Assembly: GCF_042231735.1 (NCBI RefSeq)
Contig: NZ_CP102577.1
Coordinates: 3,039,281-3,103,280 of the forward strand
From: Corallococcus exercitus
Lineage (GTDB): Bacteria > Myxococcota > Myxococcia > Myxococcales > Myxococcaceae
DNA length: 64,000 nucleotides
Direction: 5' to 3'
Below are positions 1 through 9,080 of the stretch, one piece after another. Each line of letters starts with the position of its first letter. Position 1 is the stretch's first letter. The notes beneath the pieces were generated by a model. That model ran no database searches. It saw only the letters and a list, made by a program, of their open reading frames with translations, and had not been told where the DNA came from. The position numbers and the translations under genes are program-made.

Positions 1-48
1 AAGCAGGGATGGGGCCGGCCCGGAACCGACGGAGGGCTTTGGGAGCCG

Positions 49-1497
49 TCAGTCGAAGATGTTGAAGTTCACCTCGGAGCGGGCCTGCTTGTAGCGGGTC
101 TTCACGTCCTCGATGATGCTGCGGACCTTGTCCGAGTCCGGGTTCACGATGCGCGGGGTGACGAAGATCACCAGCTCGCGCTTGGTGGAGTCGAACGCGC
201 GGTTCTTGAACAGCTCGCCCACGATGGGGATGTGGCCCAGGCCCGGCAGCTTCGCGACGGCCTTCTGCTCGTCGTGACTGAACACGCCCGACAGCACGAT
301 GGTCTCACCGTGGCGCACGGTGACGTTCGTCTTCACCTTGCGGGTGCGGAAGCCGGGGATGGCGGACGAACCACCGAAGGACACGGACACGGAGGTGTCG
401 ATTTCAGAGGCCTCCGCCTCCACCTCCGTCTGGATGTTGCCGTTGCGGTCCGCGGTGGGGCGGATGTTCAGGATGACGCCGTAGGGCTTGTACTCCACCG
501 TGAACTGCGTGTTGGTGATGAGCGGAATCGGGACCTCGCCGCCGGCGAGGAACTCCGCCTTCTCACCGCTGGCGCACACCAGCTTGGGCTGCGCCAGCAG
601 GCGGCCGTAACCGTCGTTGGCCTGGAAGCCGATGCTCAGGTCCGAGCCGCCCGTCGCGCCCAGGATGAGGTTGGAGACGGCGTCGCCGGACGGGATGAGC
701 GCCTTGTTCAGCGTCGCGGTGGCGGTCAGCGAGCCGGTGATGTCCGTGGGGTACTTGATGCCGTAGCGGTCGCGGCTGTTGCGGCGGATTTCGACGAACT
801 GGACCTCGGAGAGGATCATCCGCTTGATGCCGACGACGAGCAGGTTCTCCACCTTCTCACCGATGGCCTTGGTGATGAGCTCCGCCTTCTGGAGGTCCTG
901 CTGGCTCTCCACGGAGCCCTCCAGGAAGATGGTCGCGCCCACCACGTTGGCCTGCACGTTCTTCAGGCCCGCCTTCTGGAAGGCCGCGTTCAGGTTCTGG
1001 GCGACCAGCTTCTTGGCGTTGGGGGCGATCTTCACGAACGACTTCACGTTCGGGTAGAGGCTCACCACCTGCTCGATGCGGTCCGCGTCCTGCGTGGTGT
1101 AGGCCTGACCGTCCAGGTAGATGCGGTCGCCCACCATGCGCACGGACACGCCTTCGATTTCACCCAGGAGGCGCTTGATCTCCGAGATGACCTCGTTGGG
1201 GTCCTGCTTGCGGACGGTGACGAGGTAGCTGATGCGCTGACCGGAGGACTTCCAGACGAGCAGCGTCGTCTTGCCCTCCTGGTTGCCGGTGACGAGCAGC
1301 TGGCCGGTGCCGAGCGTCTTCACCTCGGCGATGGACGGGTCACCCAGCGCGACGCGGCTGAGGCCGGGGATGGTGAGCACCTTCTGGGTACCCACGCCCA
1401 GGCTGACGGTGCTGCCCTCCTGGGCCAGGGCGGGGGCACTGGCCACCAGGGTGACGAGGGCGCCGAGCGCCAGGGCTTGCGTGAAGCGAGTGGACAT
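49..1497 (-). CDS. Tad/Flp-type outer-membrane secretin (CpaC/RcpA family)
   Basis: 482 aa with an N-terminal signal peptide (MSTRF...ALAQEG). The C-terminal secretin domain ends ...KRELVIFVTPRIVNP, the typical secretin terminus. It sits adjacent to a prepilin peptidase gene. Confidence 0.8.
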   Translation of the reverse strand: MSTRFTQALALGALVTLVASAPALAQEGSTVSLGVGTQKVLTIPGLSRVALGDPSIAEVKTLGTGQLLVTGNQEGKTTLLVWKSSGQRISYLVTVRKQDPNEVISEIKRLLGEIEGVSVRMVGDRIYLDGQAYTTQDADRIEQVVSLYPNVKSFVKIAPNAKKLVAQNLNAAFQKAGLKNVQANVVGATIFLEGSVESQQDLQKAELITKAIGEKVENLLVVGIKRMILSEVQFVEIRRNSRDRYGIKYPTDITGSLTATATLNKALIPSGDAVSNLILGATGGSDLSIGFQANDGYGRLLAQPKLVCASGEKAEFLAGGEVPIPLITNTQFTVEYKPYGVILNIRPTADRNGNIQTEVEAEASEIDTSVSVSFGGSSAIPGFRTRKVKTNVTVRHGETIVLSGVFSHDEQKAVAKLPGLGHIPIVGELFKNRAFDSTKRELVIFVTPRIVNPDSDKVRSIIEDVKTRYKQARSEVNFNIFD

Positions 1498-1548
1498 CGT
1501 GTGAATCCCCTTCTTGCGTGCGTGCGCGCGCCCGGACGAAGCAGCGCG

Positions 1549-2085
1549 CTATCCCAGATGTTGTTGCTGCCACCACATGGCCCAGAAAGTCCCGAGCGCG
1601 ATGGAGACGCCGTAGGGGATGTGTCGTACGGGAGCGGGCGAGGTTTCCTCGCGCATCCATTTCATCCGCACCGCCCAGCGACGGGCCACCGCCGCCAGCG
1701 TGTCCCAGACGGCCCCCTGCCACAGCAGCGTGACGATTGCCTGCAGCGCTCCCACCAGCGAGATGAAGGCCGCCGCCGCGAGCACCGTGGGAAAGCCCAG
1801 CACGCAGCCCACGCCCGCCATCAGCTTGACGTCACCCCACCCCATGCGCCCGCGCAGCGCACCCGGCACCAGCAGCAGCGCGAGTCCCGCGCCCGCCAGA
1901 AGCCCGCTCACCAGCCCCGACTCCAGCCCGCCCCACCCCTCGGACACGCCGCGCACCCCGAGCCCCAGCACGATGAGCGGATAGGTCACGGCGTTCGGGA
2001 TGAGCCGGCGCAGCACGTCGGTCACCACCGCAATCACCAGGGCCACTCCCAGAATCGTCCACAGCGCGAGCTGAACAGGTGTCAT
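1549..2085 (-). CDS. A24-family prepilin peptidase (CpaA/TadV-like)
   Basis: 178 aa polytopic membrane protein. It carries the conserved Asp motifs (VVTDVLRRLIP ... GWGDVKLMAGVG) of CpaA-type peptidases and lies directly upstream of the secretin. Confidence 0.7.
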   Translation of the reverse strand: MTPVQLALWTILGVALVIAVVTDVLRRLIPNAVTYPLIVLGLGVRGVSEGWGGLESGLVSGLLAGAGLALLLVPGALRGRMGWGDVKLMAGVGCVLGFPTVLAAAAFISLVGALQAIVTLLWQGAVWDTLAAVARRWAVRMKWMREETSPAPVRHIPYGVSIALGTFWAMWWQQQHLG

Positions 2086-2198
2086 TCGGCACCTGCTCCC
2101 ATGGGGAGCAGGCGACCCCCATCAAACAATGGAGGCCCCGAGCCCGTCAATTCCTGAACAAGGCCATCGCACCGTGGGGCCCTGCGTCATCCCGCGCC

Positions 2199-3053
2199 TC
2201 AGTGGATGACGAGGCGGATCTTCTCGCTGCAGATGAAGTACTCGTCCCCGTCTTCAACCTTGCGGCGCTTGATGCGCTGCTTGTTGAACCAGGTCCCGTT
2301 CGAGGAGCCGAGGTCCTCGATGTAGAAGTCGCCGCCGTCGCGGGCGATGACGGCGTGCTCGCGCGACACCTTGCCGGAGTTGATGACGAAGTCGCAGTGC
2401 TTGCCGCGGCCGATGACGTAGCGGTCCTTGACGATCTTCTCCTGCTCGCCGGACTCGGTGACGAGGTAGAGCGCGGCGCCCTCCTCCTCGTCCGCCTCCT
2501 CCATGGGCTCCTCTTCGGCCTCCTCGGGAGCCTCGTCCTGCATGTCGTCGAGCGGCGGCTCCTCCTGCTCCGGCAGGGGCTCCTCCTCGTCCTCGATCAT
2601 GTCGTCCGCGGCGGGCGGGGGCGGCTCGTTCTTGCCCTTGATGAGCCGCTCCAGCTCGGCGGCCGTCTCCAGGACGCGCTCGGCGACCTCGCGGCGCACC
2701 GGATCATTGTCCAGCCCGTTGGAGGAGGGACGCTCCTCCGAGCCGCTGCGCGCGGCGGGGCGCGACGAGGCCGGCGCGGGCGCCAGCACCGGCGGCCCGC
2801 CCTTGGCCGCGGCGGCCGGGGGCGGCGCGGCGGCCGCTCGCGCAGAAGGCGCGGGCGAGGGCACCGCCGCCACCGCGGGCTCCCCCTTCGTCTTCACGTC
2901 GATGAAGCCGTTGAGGCGCGCGAACATGAACAGCGCCTGGTTGATGAGCGCGTCGCGATCCGACCCCATCTGCTGGGCCATCTCTTCGTACGTCTCCCAC
3001 AGGTGCTCGGCGATGCCGACCTTGCGTGCGGGACGGGAGTTCTGATCGATCAT
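2199..3053 (-). CDS. FHA-domain protein with Pro/Ala-rich and acidic linker
   Basis: The C-terminal ~95 aa match an FHA fold (YVIGRGKHCDFVINSGKVSREHAVIARDGGDFYIEDLGSSNGTWFN). The N-terminal ~55 aa form a small conserved-looking domain, followed by PAPSARAAAAPPPAAAA and DEEEPLPEQEEPP low-complexity linkers. Confidence 0.7.
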   Translation of the reverse strand: MIDQNSRPARKVGIAEHLWETYEEMAQQMGSDRDALINQALFMFARLNGFIDVKTKGEPAVAAVPSPAPSARAAAAPPPAAAAKGGPPVLAPAPASSRPAARSGSEERPSSNGLDNDPVRREVAERVLETAAELERLIKGKNEPPPPAADDMIEDEEEPLPEQEEPPLDDMQDEAPEEAEEEPMEEADEEEGAALYLVTESGEQEKIVKDRYVIGRGKHCDFVINSGKVSREHAVIARDGGDFYIEDLGSSNGTWFNKQRIKRRKVEDGDEYFICSEKIRLVIH

Positions 3054-3116
3054 CGGTCTTGGCTCGGGAAATGCTGGACGTGGGGAACGATAGCAGAGCC
3101 TGCCGGGCGCGCCCAG

Positions 3117-5267
3117 TTACTGGAAGGGCCGGAGAAACTGGAGGTTCTTGGCGTTGTCGCTGATGGACTCCAGGGCCACCTGGAGGATGCCGTCCGCCGA
3201 GGGGTACGCGATGAAGGCCAGGCTGGAGCCCTCCACGTCCGTGGCCACCACGGAGGCAGGCAGGGTGTAGACCGACAGGTTGCTCGTCTGGCTGGTGTCC
3301 ACCTCGAAGACGAAGCGGCGGAAGCGCGGCAGCAGCGTCACCACGTAGCGGTCCCCGGCCACCAGCCGGCTCTGGGAGCCGATGGTCGCGGTCATCGTGA
3401 GCGTCAGCGGCGCGGGCACGTAGGTGGTGGGCGACCTGGGCGGCTCCAGCCCCAGGTCGAAGCCGTCCGGGTGCGCGTAGTAGTCCAGGAAGCTGGCGAC
3501 CGTGTACGGCTCGTTCACGTCCAGGCGTTGGATGAACGAGGCGCTGCTCTCCGCGCCCGCATAGAGCAGGTAGGGCTTCACGTTCGGGCCCGCGCGCACG
3601 GAGAAGAGCGGGTACGAGGCGCAGGGCTCCACCGCCGTGGCGATGGCCGGGTCGGACAGGTCCGGGTAGAGCCGCGTGAGGCCGTTGCCCTGGTCCTCCA
3701 GGCGGAGGATGGGGATGGCCGCCGGGCAGGCGCCCGCGTTGTTCGCCAGCACGATGGAGTCCCCGGGCACCACGCCCCGCGACGTCGCCAGGGTGGTCTC
3801 GATGAGCAGCGGAGCCTCCTCCGCGGTCAGGTCGCGCGAGAGGTTGATCAGGCCGGGCAGCGCGCCCTGGAAGACGAAGCGGTAGGTGCCGTTGGGCACC
3901 GTCCCGTTGCAGAGGAACGCCGTGGCGTTGGTCGCCTCCACCTGGGGGCAGCCCGGCTCCGACACGGTGATGGCCTGGAACTGATCCGCGCGCACGGCCT
4001 CGGTGCTGTCGCGCAGCTCCGCGACCACGGACGCGCTCAGCGGCCCGTTTTCCGGGTCGCGGTCCAGGTTGAACGCGCGCCGCTCGTCGGCGCGGAACAG
4101 GGTGATCTCCCCGCTGGACGACGGCACGATGCCCAGCAGCGGAACGGCGGTGGAGTAGGCCACGCCGTCCGCCAGGAACTCGCGGACCTCCAGGCCCGTG
4201 CGCAGCGTGAGGCCCGTGGGCAGGCCCCGGGTCGGCTTCAGGGTCAGCATGGGTGCGCCGGTGACGTCCCGGGCGAGCACCGGCGCCGTGGAGGGCGCCA
4301 GCGGATCCGGCCCGTTGTCGAGCGCGATGACGCCCTCGCAGTCCGACGAGTTGCACGTCAGCTCATCCAGCACCACGTACACGTAGCGGCCGGCGGGCAC
4401 GGTCTCGGTCTCCGACACCTTGTAGCTGGGGTGCGTGGCGACGAGCCGCGCCGGGATGTCCACCAGGTCCGTGTACGTGGGCACCGTGAAGGGGGCCGGA
4501 CGCGGCCGCTTGTACGGAATCTCCACGGAGGCCCCGTCCGCGACGGCGCGCACCAGCCGGCTGGTGCCGGACACGTTGCGGATGGCGAGCACCAGCGAGT
4601 CCGTCACGTTGGCCTGCGCGGGCAGCGCGATCATGGACAGCACGGTGTCCGCCGGCTTGAGGCAGAACACCGGCAGCGCGGGTGGCAGCGCGGCCGCGTC
4701 GAAGCCCTCCGGACCGGGCAGGTCCTGGCGCATCACCACGCCGCCGCCGAAGGGACCGCACAGCTGCTCGGCGGCCTGCGGGCGCGTCTGGAGCGCGTAG
4801 TACAGGATGCTCGGCGCGCCGTCCGCCGCCGGGGCGTGCGCGGCGAAGGCGGTGATGAGCTGGCCGGTCGACAGGCGCGTCACCTCGTTGAGGCGCGCGC
4901 GGTCCGCGGCCACCACGGAGATTTCGCGGCCGCCGGAGCTGCGCGCGTAGATGTACGGGCCGGACACGTCGTTGCCGGTGGCGTCGTAGCCCACGTCGCG
5001 GATGAGCGAGTCGGGCCGCGCGATGACGGGGATGGACAGCGGCTCCAGCGGGTTCGGCGCGGGGAGGAACTCACGCGGCGAGCGCGTCAGGTCCAGCACA
5101 CGCAGCTCATCCCGGTCCTGCGAGGTGACGAAGACGAGCTGGTTGGAGAGCACCAGGTCGTACGTGCCGGACAGGCCGGCGGCGCCCGCGGTGGAGGTGG
5201 TGTCGGAGCAGGCGAGCGCGAAGCTCGCGCCGCTCAGCAACAGGGCAGCAAGAAAGCCGCGCTTCAA
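3117..5267 (-). CDS. large lipoprotein, unknown function
   Basis: The ORF track begins at GTG 5285, but an in-frame TTG at 5267 is preceded by AGGAGA with 7-nt spacing. That start gives the lipoprotein signal MKRGFLAALLLSGASFALAC|S. About 716 aa, rich in predicted beta strand. The stop of the upstream gene (5270-5272) is 2 nt away. Confidence 0.55.
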   Translation of the reverse strand: MKRGFLAALLLSGASFALACSDTTSTAGAAGLSGTYDLVLSNQLVFVTSQDRDELRVLDLTRSPREFLPAPNPLEPLSIPVIARPDSLIRDVGYDATGNDVSGPYIYARSSGGREISVVAADRARLNEVTRLSTGQLITAFAAHAPAADGAPSILYYALQTRPQAAEQLCGPFGGGVVMRQDLPGPEGFDAAALPPALPVFCLKPADTVLSMIALPAQANVTDSLVLAIRNVSGTSRLVRAVADGASVEIPYKRPRPAPFTVPTYTDLVDIPARLVATHPSYKVSETETVPAGRYVYVVLDELTCNSSDCEGVIALDNGPDPLAPSTAPVLARDVTGAPMLTLKPTRGLPTGLTLRTGLEVREFLADGVAYSTAVPLLGIVPSSSGEITLFRADERRAFNLDRDPENGPLSASVVAELRDSTEAVRADQFQAITVSEPGCPQVEATNATAFLCNGTVPNGTYRFVFQGALPGLINLSRDLTAEEAPLLIETTLATSRGVVPGDSIVLANNAGACPAAIPILRLEDQGNGLTRLYPDLSDPAIATAVEPCASYPLFSVRAGPNVKPYLLYAGAESSASFIQRLDVNEPYTVASFLDYYAHPDGFDLGLEPPRSPTTYVPAPLTLTMTATIGSQSRLVAGDRYVVTLLPRFRRFVFEVDTSQTSNLSVYTLPASVVATDVEGSSLAFIAYPSADGILQVALESISDNAKNLQFLRPFQ

Positions 5268-5269
5268 GG

Positions 5270-6799
5270 TCAGTTCTCCTGGCACACGCTGGTGCCCTGG
5301 TTCGGATCGCGCTGTTGCTGCGTGCCCAGCTTCGCCACCAGCCTCGCGTCCTGGGGGCGCGCGAGGTCGGGGATGTCCACGATGGCCACCTGTCCGTCAC
5401 CGAAGTTGGTCACGAACAGCCGGGCCGCGTTCGTCCCGGCCGGGTTGTCCACCGTCAGGCCGAAGGCCTGCGACGGGTTGCTGGTCTGGTTGAGGTTGTT
5501 GACGAGCGGCACCTGCGCCACGACCTGCCCGAGCGCCTCGTCGTACAGGGACAGCGCGCTGTCGCCAGTGCTCGTCACCGCGAGGATGTTGGTGTCCGCG
5601 GTGGGCGTGCCCGGCGTCCGCTCGATGAGCTGCATGTCGCTCACGCCGTCCGGCAGGGGCACCGCGGAGACCACCCGGAAGAAGGGCTGGGTGGCGGCGG
5701 CGCCCGGCACCGCGTCGTATTCGAAGTCGAGGGTGAGCAGCGTGTCCGGGCCGCGCGCCAGCATGTACAGCCGCTCGCGCACGAAGTTCGGGCGCGCCGC
5801 CCGCTCCGCCGCCGTCACCGGCCGGGGCACCACGCGCGCCGCTCGCGCCTCGCGGATGCTGAAGACCGACTGCAGCGAGGGCTCCAGGACGGTGCCGGGC
5901 TCGTTCTTGTCCACCAGCCGCAGCACGAAGTTGCCGGGCACCGTGCCGCTGATGCCGGCCACGAAGTTGCGGCCCGTCACGTAGAGGTAGCCCGCGCCCA
6001 CCGTCACGGAATCCGAGCCGCCGTAGAGGTAGCCCTCGGGCGACAGCGGGATGAAGCCCAGCGTGTCGCGCGTGGGGTTGTCCAGCTTCACCGTGGCCAG
6101 GTAGTTCTCGAAGTTGGTGCTCGACTTCGCCGGCGAGTCCGCGGCCTCGGAGTGCGTCACGTACAGCGTGCCGCTCGCCTCATCCACCGTCACGCCGATG
6201 GGCGACGGGGCCCGGGGCAGGTCCGCGCGGCCTTCCACGCGCAGGGACTCCGGGATGTCGTCCGAGAGCGACAGCGCGCCGTTGCGGCAGTCCTCGCCGC
6301 CCTGCACGCAGTTGAGCACCGGCGCGCCGTTGGCATCCAAGCCCACGTCCACCGCGTGCAGGTTGTTGCCCTCCGCGCGCGAGGGAACGAACAGGCGAGG
6401 CAGCCCGCTGGCCGGGTTCACCCACAGGCTCAGCTCACCCGCGAAGCTGCGGATCTGCACGAGCGACTCGTCCGCGGACGCCAGGTCCTCGAAGGCGAGC
6501 GCCGAGTCCGGGAGCGTGCCGCCCAGGCGGGGCACCGTCACGGACTGCCCGTCCACCTGCGTGCGCAGCGTGTCCAGGTTCAGCGCCACCACCGAACCGG
6601 AGTCGTAGCAGTTGTCGAAGTTGGCGTTCGCGACGAAGAGGTAGCCGTTGCTCTCCGAGGGCCCTCCCACCGCCGGAGGGCGCCAGAACGCCACCCCGCT
6701 GGGGTACACGAAGCGGGTGGACGGAGGCGGGTTCGGTTCGGATTCAATCGAACACGCACCGAGGAGCAGCAGCGCGGGGGTCAGGAAATGGAGGCGCAT
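5270..6799 (-). CDS. lipoprotein with YVTN-like beta-propeller repeats
   Basis: The in-frame ATG at 6799 gives MRLHFLTPALLLLGAC|S (lipobox); the ORF-track N-terminal extension to 7036 is unlikely. It has repeated LYVTN/LFVTNFGDGQV-type blades. Confidence 0.6.
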   Translation of the reverse strand: MRLHFLTPALLLLGACSIESEPNPPPSTRFVYPSGVAFWRPPAVGGPSESNGYLFVANANFDNCYDSGSVVALNLDTLRTQVDGQSVTVPRLGGTLPDSALAFEDLASADESLVQIRSFAGELSLWVNPASGLPRLFVPSRAEGNNLHAVDVGLDANGAPVLNCVQGGEDCRNGALSLSDDIPESLRVEGRADLPRAPSPIGVTVDEASGTLYVTHSEAADSPAKSSTNFENYLATVKLDNPTRDTLGFIPLSPEGYLYGGSDSVTVGAGYLYVTGRNFVAGISGTVPGNFVLRLVDKNEPGTVLEPSLQSVFSIREARAARVVPRPVTAAERAARPNFVRERLYMLARGPDTLLTLDFEYDAVPGAAATQPFFRVVSAVPLPDGVSDMQLIERTPGTPTADTNILAVTSTGDSALSLYDEALGQVVAQVPLVNNLNQTSNPSQAFGLTVDNPAGTNAARLFVTNFGDGQVAIVDIPDLARPQDARLVAKLGTQQQRDPNQGTSVCQEN

Positions 6800-6845
6800 C
6801 AGAGGGGGGCGGAGTGTAGGAACGGCGCCCTGCCCCGGGCAACCG

Positions 6846-6863
6846 AATAGGTATATCTCTATT
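6846..6863. promoter_or_regulatory. AT-rich inverted repeat AATAG-N8-CTATT in the glyS-lipoprotein intergenic region
   Basis: The only AT-rich patch (ccgAATAGgtatatctCTATTccc) in a GC-rich 169-nt spacer upstream of the lipoprotein/Tad-like genes. Confidence 0.35.
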
Positions 6864-6968
6864 CCCTGGTCGCCCTCCTGCTGACATCCCCCTGCCCCGC
6901 ACGGACGGCGTGCGCCGCTCCCCTGGCGGGGAGACGGGCACGCTCCGGCGGGGAACGGGCGGCCGGGC

Positions 6969-9080
6969 TCAGGCCGCCGCGGCGGTTTCGGCCTGGATCT
7001 TGGAAAAGTCCGCCACCTGGTTGAACAGGGCGCCAATCTCCGTGAGGAACCGGATGCGGTTCTCCCGCAGGTCCTTGTCCTCGGCCATCACCATCACCTT
7101 GTCGAAGAAGGTGTCCACGGCGGGCTTCAGGCCGGTGATCTCCTTGAGCGCCCCGGCGAAGTCGTCCGCGCGCACGCGCTCGCCCACCTTGTCGCGGGCC
7201 TGGGTGAAGGCGGTGTGGAGGTTCTTCTCCGGCTCGTCCGTGAAGCGCTGCGGGTTGGTCTGCCCGCCCGCCACGTCCTTGCCCTGCTTCTCCACGATGT
7301 TGACCACGCGCTTGAACGCCGCCGCCAGCGGCTGGAAGTCCGAGTGGCCCACGAGCACGCTCAGGGCCTCCAGGCGCTTCTTCGCCGCGACGAGGTCGTC
7401 GAAGCCCACGGCCAGCACCGCCTCCACGACGTCCGTGCGGTGCTGCTCGCCCCACAGCGCCTTGAGGCGGCCGCGGAAGAACTCCAGCACCTGCTCGCGC
7501 GGGGCCGCCTCACCCGGCTTGCGCTTCACGTTGGCCAGCTTCGGGGCCAAGAGGCGCAGCGCCTCGTCCACCGCGGCGGACAGGCTGAAGCGGTAGCCGC
7601 GCCCCAGCACGATGCGGATGATGGACAGGCACGCGCGGCGCAGCGCGAACGGATCCGCCGCGCCGGACGGCGCCTTGCCGATGGCGAAGATGCCGCACAG
7701 CGAGTCCAGCCGGTCCGCCAGGCCGATGAGCGCGCCCGCGTCCTGCGACGGCAGCGCGTCCTCGGCGCCGCGGGGCAGGTAGTGCTCGAAGATGGCCAGC
7801 GCCACCGCATCGGGCTCGCCGCCCGCCTTCGCGTACTCGCGGCCCATCACGCCCTGGAGCTCCGGGAACTCGCCCACCATGCCGGTGACGAGGTCCGCCT
7901 TGGACAGCGTGGCGGCGCGCTCCACCGTGGCCGCCTCCCCTGCCCTGCCCGTGGCCTGGGCCAGGAAGCCCGCCAGCGAGCGGAAGCGCTCCACCTTCTC
8001 CAGGTACGTGCCCAGCTGGCCCTGCCACACCACGCGGCCCAGCTTCTCCACGCGGTCGGCCAGCGGCGTGCGCCGGTCCTCGTCGAAGAAGAAGCGCCCG
8101 TCCGCGAGCCGCGCCGCCAGCACGCGCTGGTAGCCGCGCAGGGACAGCTGCTCGTCGCGCACCGGCGTGTTGGACACGGCGATGAAGCGCGGCAGCAGCT
8201 TCCCCTTCGCGTCCGTCAGCGAGAAGTAGCGCTGGTGGCTCTTCATCTCCTGCACCAGCACCTCCGGCGGCAGGTCCAGGTGGCGCTCCTCGAAGCTGCC
8301 CACCACGGGGCTCGGCAGCTCCACCAGGTTCGTCACCTGGTCCACCAGCCCCTCGTCCTCCAGCAGCCGAGCGCCCGCCGAAGTGGCCGCGGCGTTCACC
8401 TTGCGCAGCAGCTCCGCGCGGCGCTTCGCGATGTCCGGCACCACGTGCGCCTTCTCCAGCGAGGCCTCGTAGTCCGAGGGCGCCTTCAGCGTGATGGCGC
8501 CCGGCGCGAGGAAGCGGTGGCCGTAGGTCGTGCGGCCCGCCTTCACGTCGCCCAGCACCACCGGCAGCTCCGTGTCGCCCAGGAGCGCCACCAGCCACTG
8601 CACCGGGCGCGCGAAGGCCGTGTCCACGTCACCCCAGCGCATGGACTTCTTGAAGTTGATGCCATGCACGGCCGCGTGCAGCGCGTCCTGGAGGATGGCC
8701 TCCGCCGGACGGCCCTTCTCCTCCACGCGCGCGGAGACGTACTCGCCCTTGGCCGTGGTGGTGCGCCCGAGCGCGTCCACGGACAGCTTGACGCTTTCGG
8801 CGAACTTCTCCGCCGCCTTGGTGGGCTTGCCCTGCGCGTCGAAGGCGGCCTTGGCGCTGGGGCCCAGCACCTCCTTCGTGATGTCCTCGCCCGCGTCCGC
8901 CACGTCGCGGACCTGGACGGCCAGCCGGCGCGGCGTGCCGAACGTGCGCACCTCGCCGTGCTTCAGGCGGGCGTCGGCCATGCGCTCGGTGAGCACGCGC
9001 TTCAGGTCCTCCAGCGCGGGGATGATGAACGACGCCGGGAGCTCCTCGGCACCGACCTCCAGCAGAAGATCACGCGCCAC
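6969..9080 (-). CDS. glyS: glycine--tRNA ligase beta subunit
   Basis: 703 aa starting [18 protein letters not shown], conserved GlyS throughout. It overlaps glyQ by 11 nt. Confidence 0.9.
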   Translation of the reverse strand: MARDLLLEVGAEELPASFIIPALEDLKRVLTERMADARLKHGEVRTFGTPRRLAVQVRDVADAGEDITKEVLGPSAKAAFDAQGKPTKAAEKFAESVKLSVDALGRTTTAKGEYVSARVEEKGRPAEAILQDALHAAVHGINFKKSMRWGDVDTAFARPVQWLVALLGDTELPVVLGDVKAGRTTYGHRFLAPGAITLKAPSDYEASLEKAHVVPDIAKRRAELLRKVNAAATSAGARLLEDEGLVDQVTNLVELPSPVVGSFEERHLDLPPEVLVQEMKSHQRYFSLTDAKGKLLPRFIAVSNTPVRDEQLSLRGYQRVLAARLADGRFFFDEDRRTPLADRVEKLGRVVWQGQLGTYLEKVERFRSLAGFLAQATGRAGEAATVERAATLSKADLVTGMVGEFPELQGVMGREYAKAGGEPDAVALAIFEHYLPRGAEDALPSQDAGALIGLADRLDSLCGIFAIGKAPSGAADPFALRRACLSIIRIVLGRGYRFSLSAAVDEALRLLAPKLANVKRKPGEAAPREQVLEFFRGRLKALWGEQHRTDVVEAVLAVGFDDLVAAKKRLEALSVLVGHSDFQPLAAAFKRVVNIVEKQGKDVAGGQTNPQRFTDEPEKNLHTAFTQARDKVGERVRADDFAGALKEITGLKPAVDTFFDKVMVMAEDKDLRENRIRFLTEIGALFNQVADFSKIQAETAAAA

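Noticed and set aside
2079-5984. 1301-aa plus-strand ORF
   Set aside because: It is antisense to the FHA and lipoprotein genes. The translation is Arg/Gly/Ala/Leu-rich low complexity with no motifs, the typical long stop-free antisense frame of 70% GC DNA.
6800-7036. N-terminal 79-codon extension of the beta-propeller lipoprotein ORF
   Set aside because: The extension is Pro/Arg-rich, overlaps the glyS 3' end, and precedes a perfect lipoprotein signal beginning at the internal ATG 6799.
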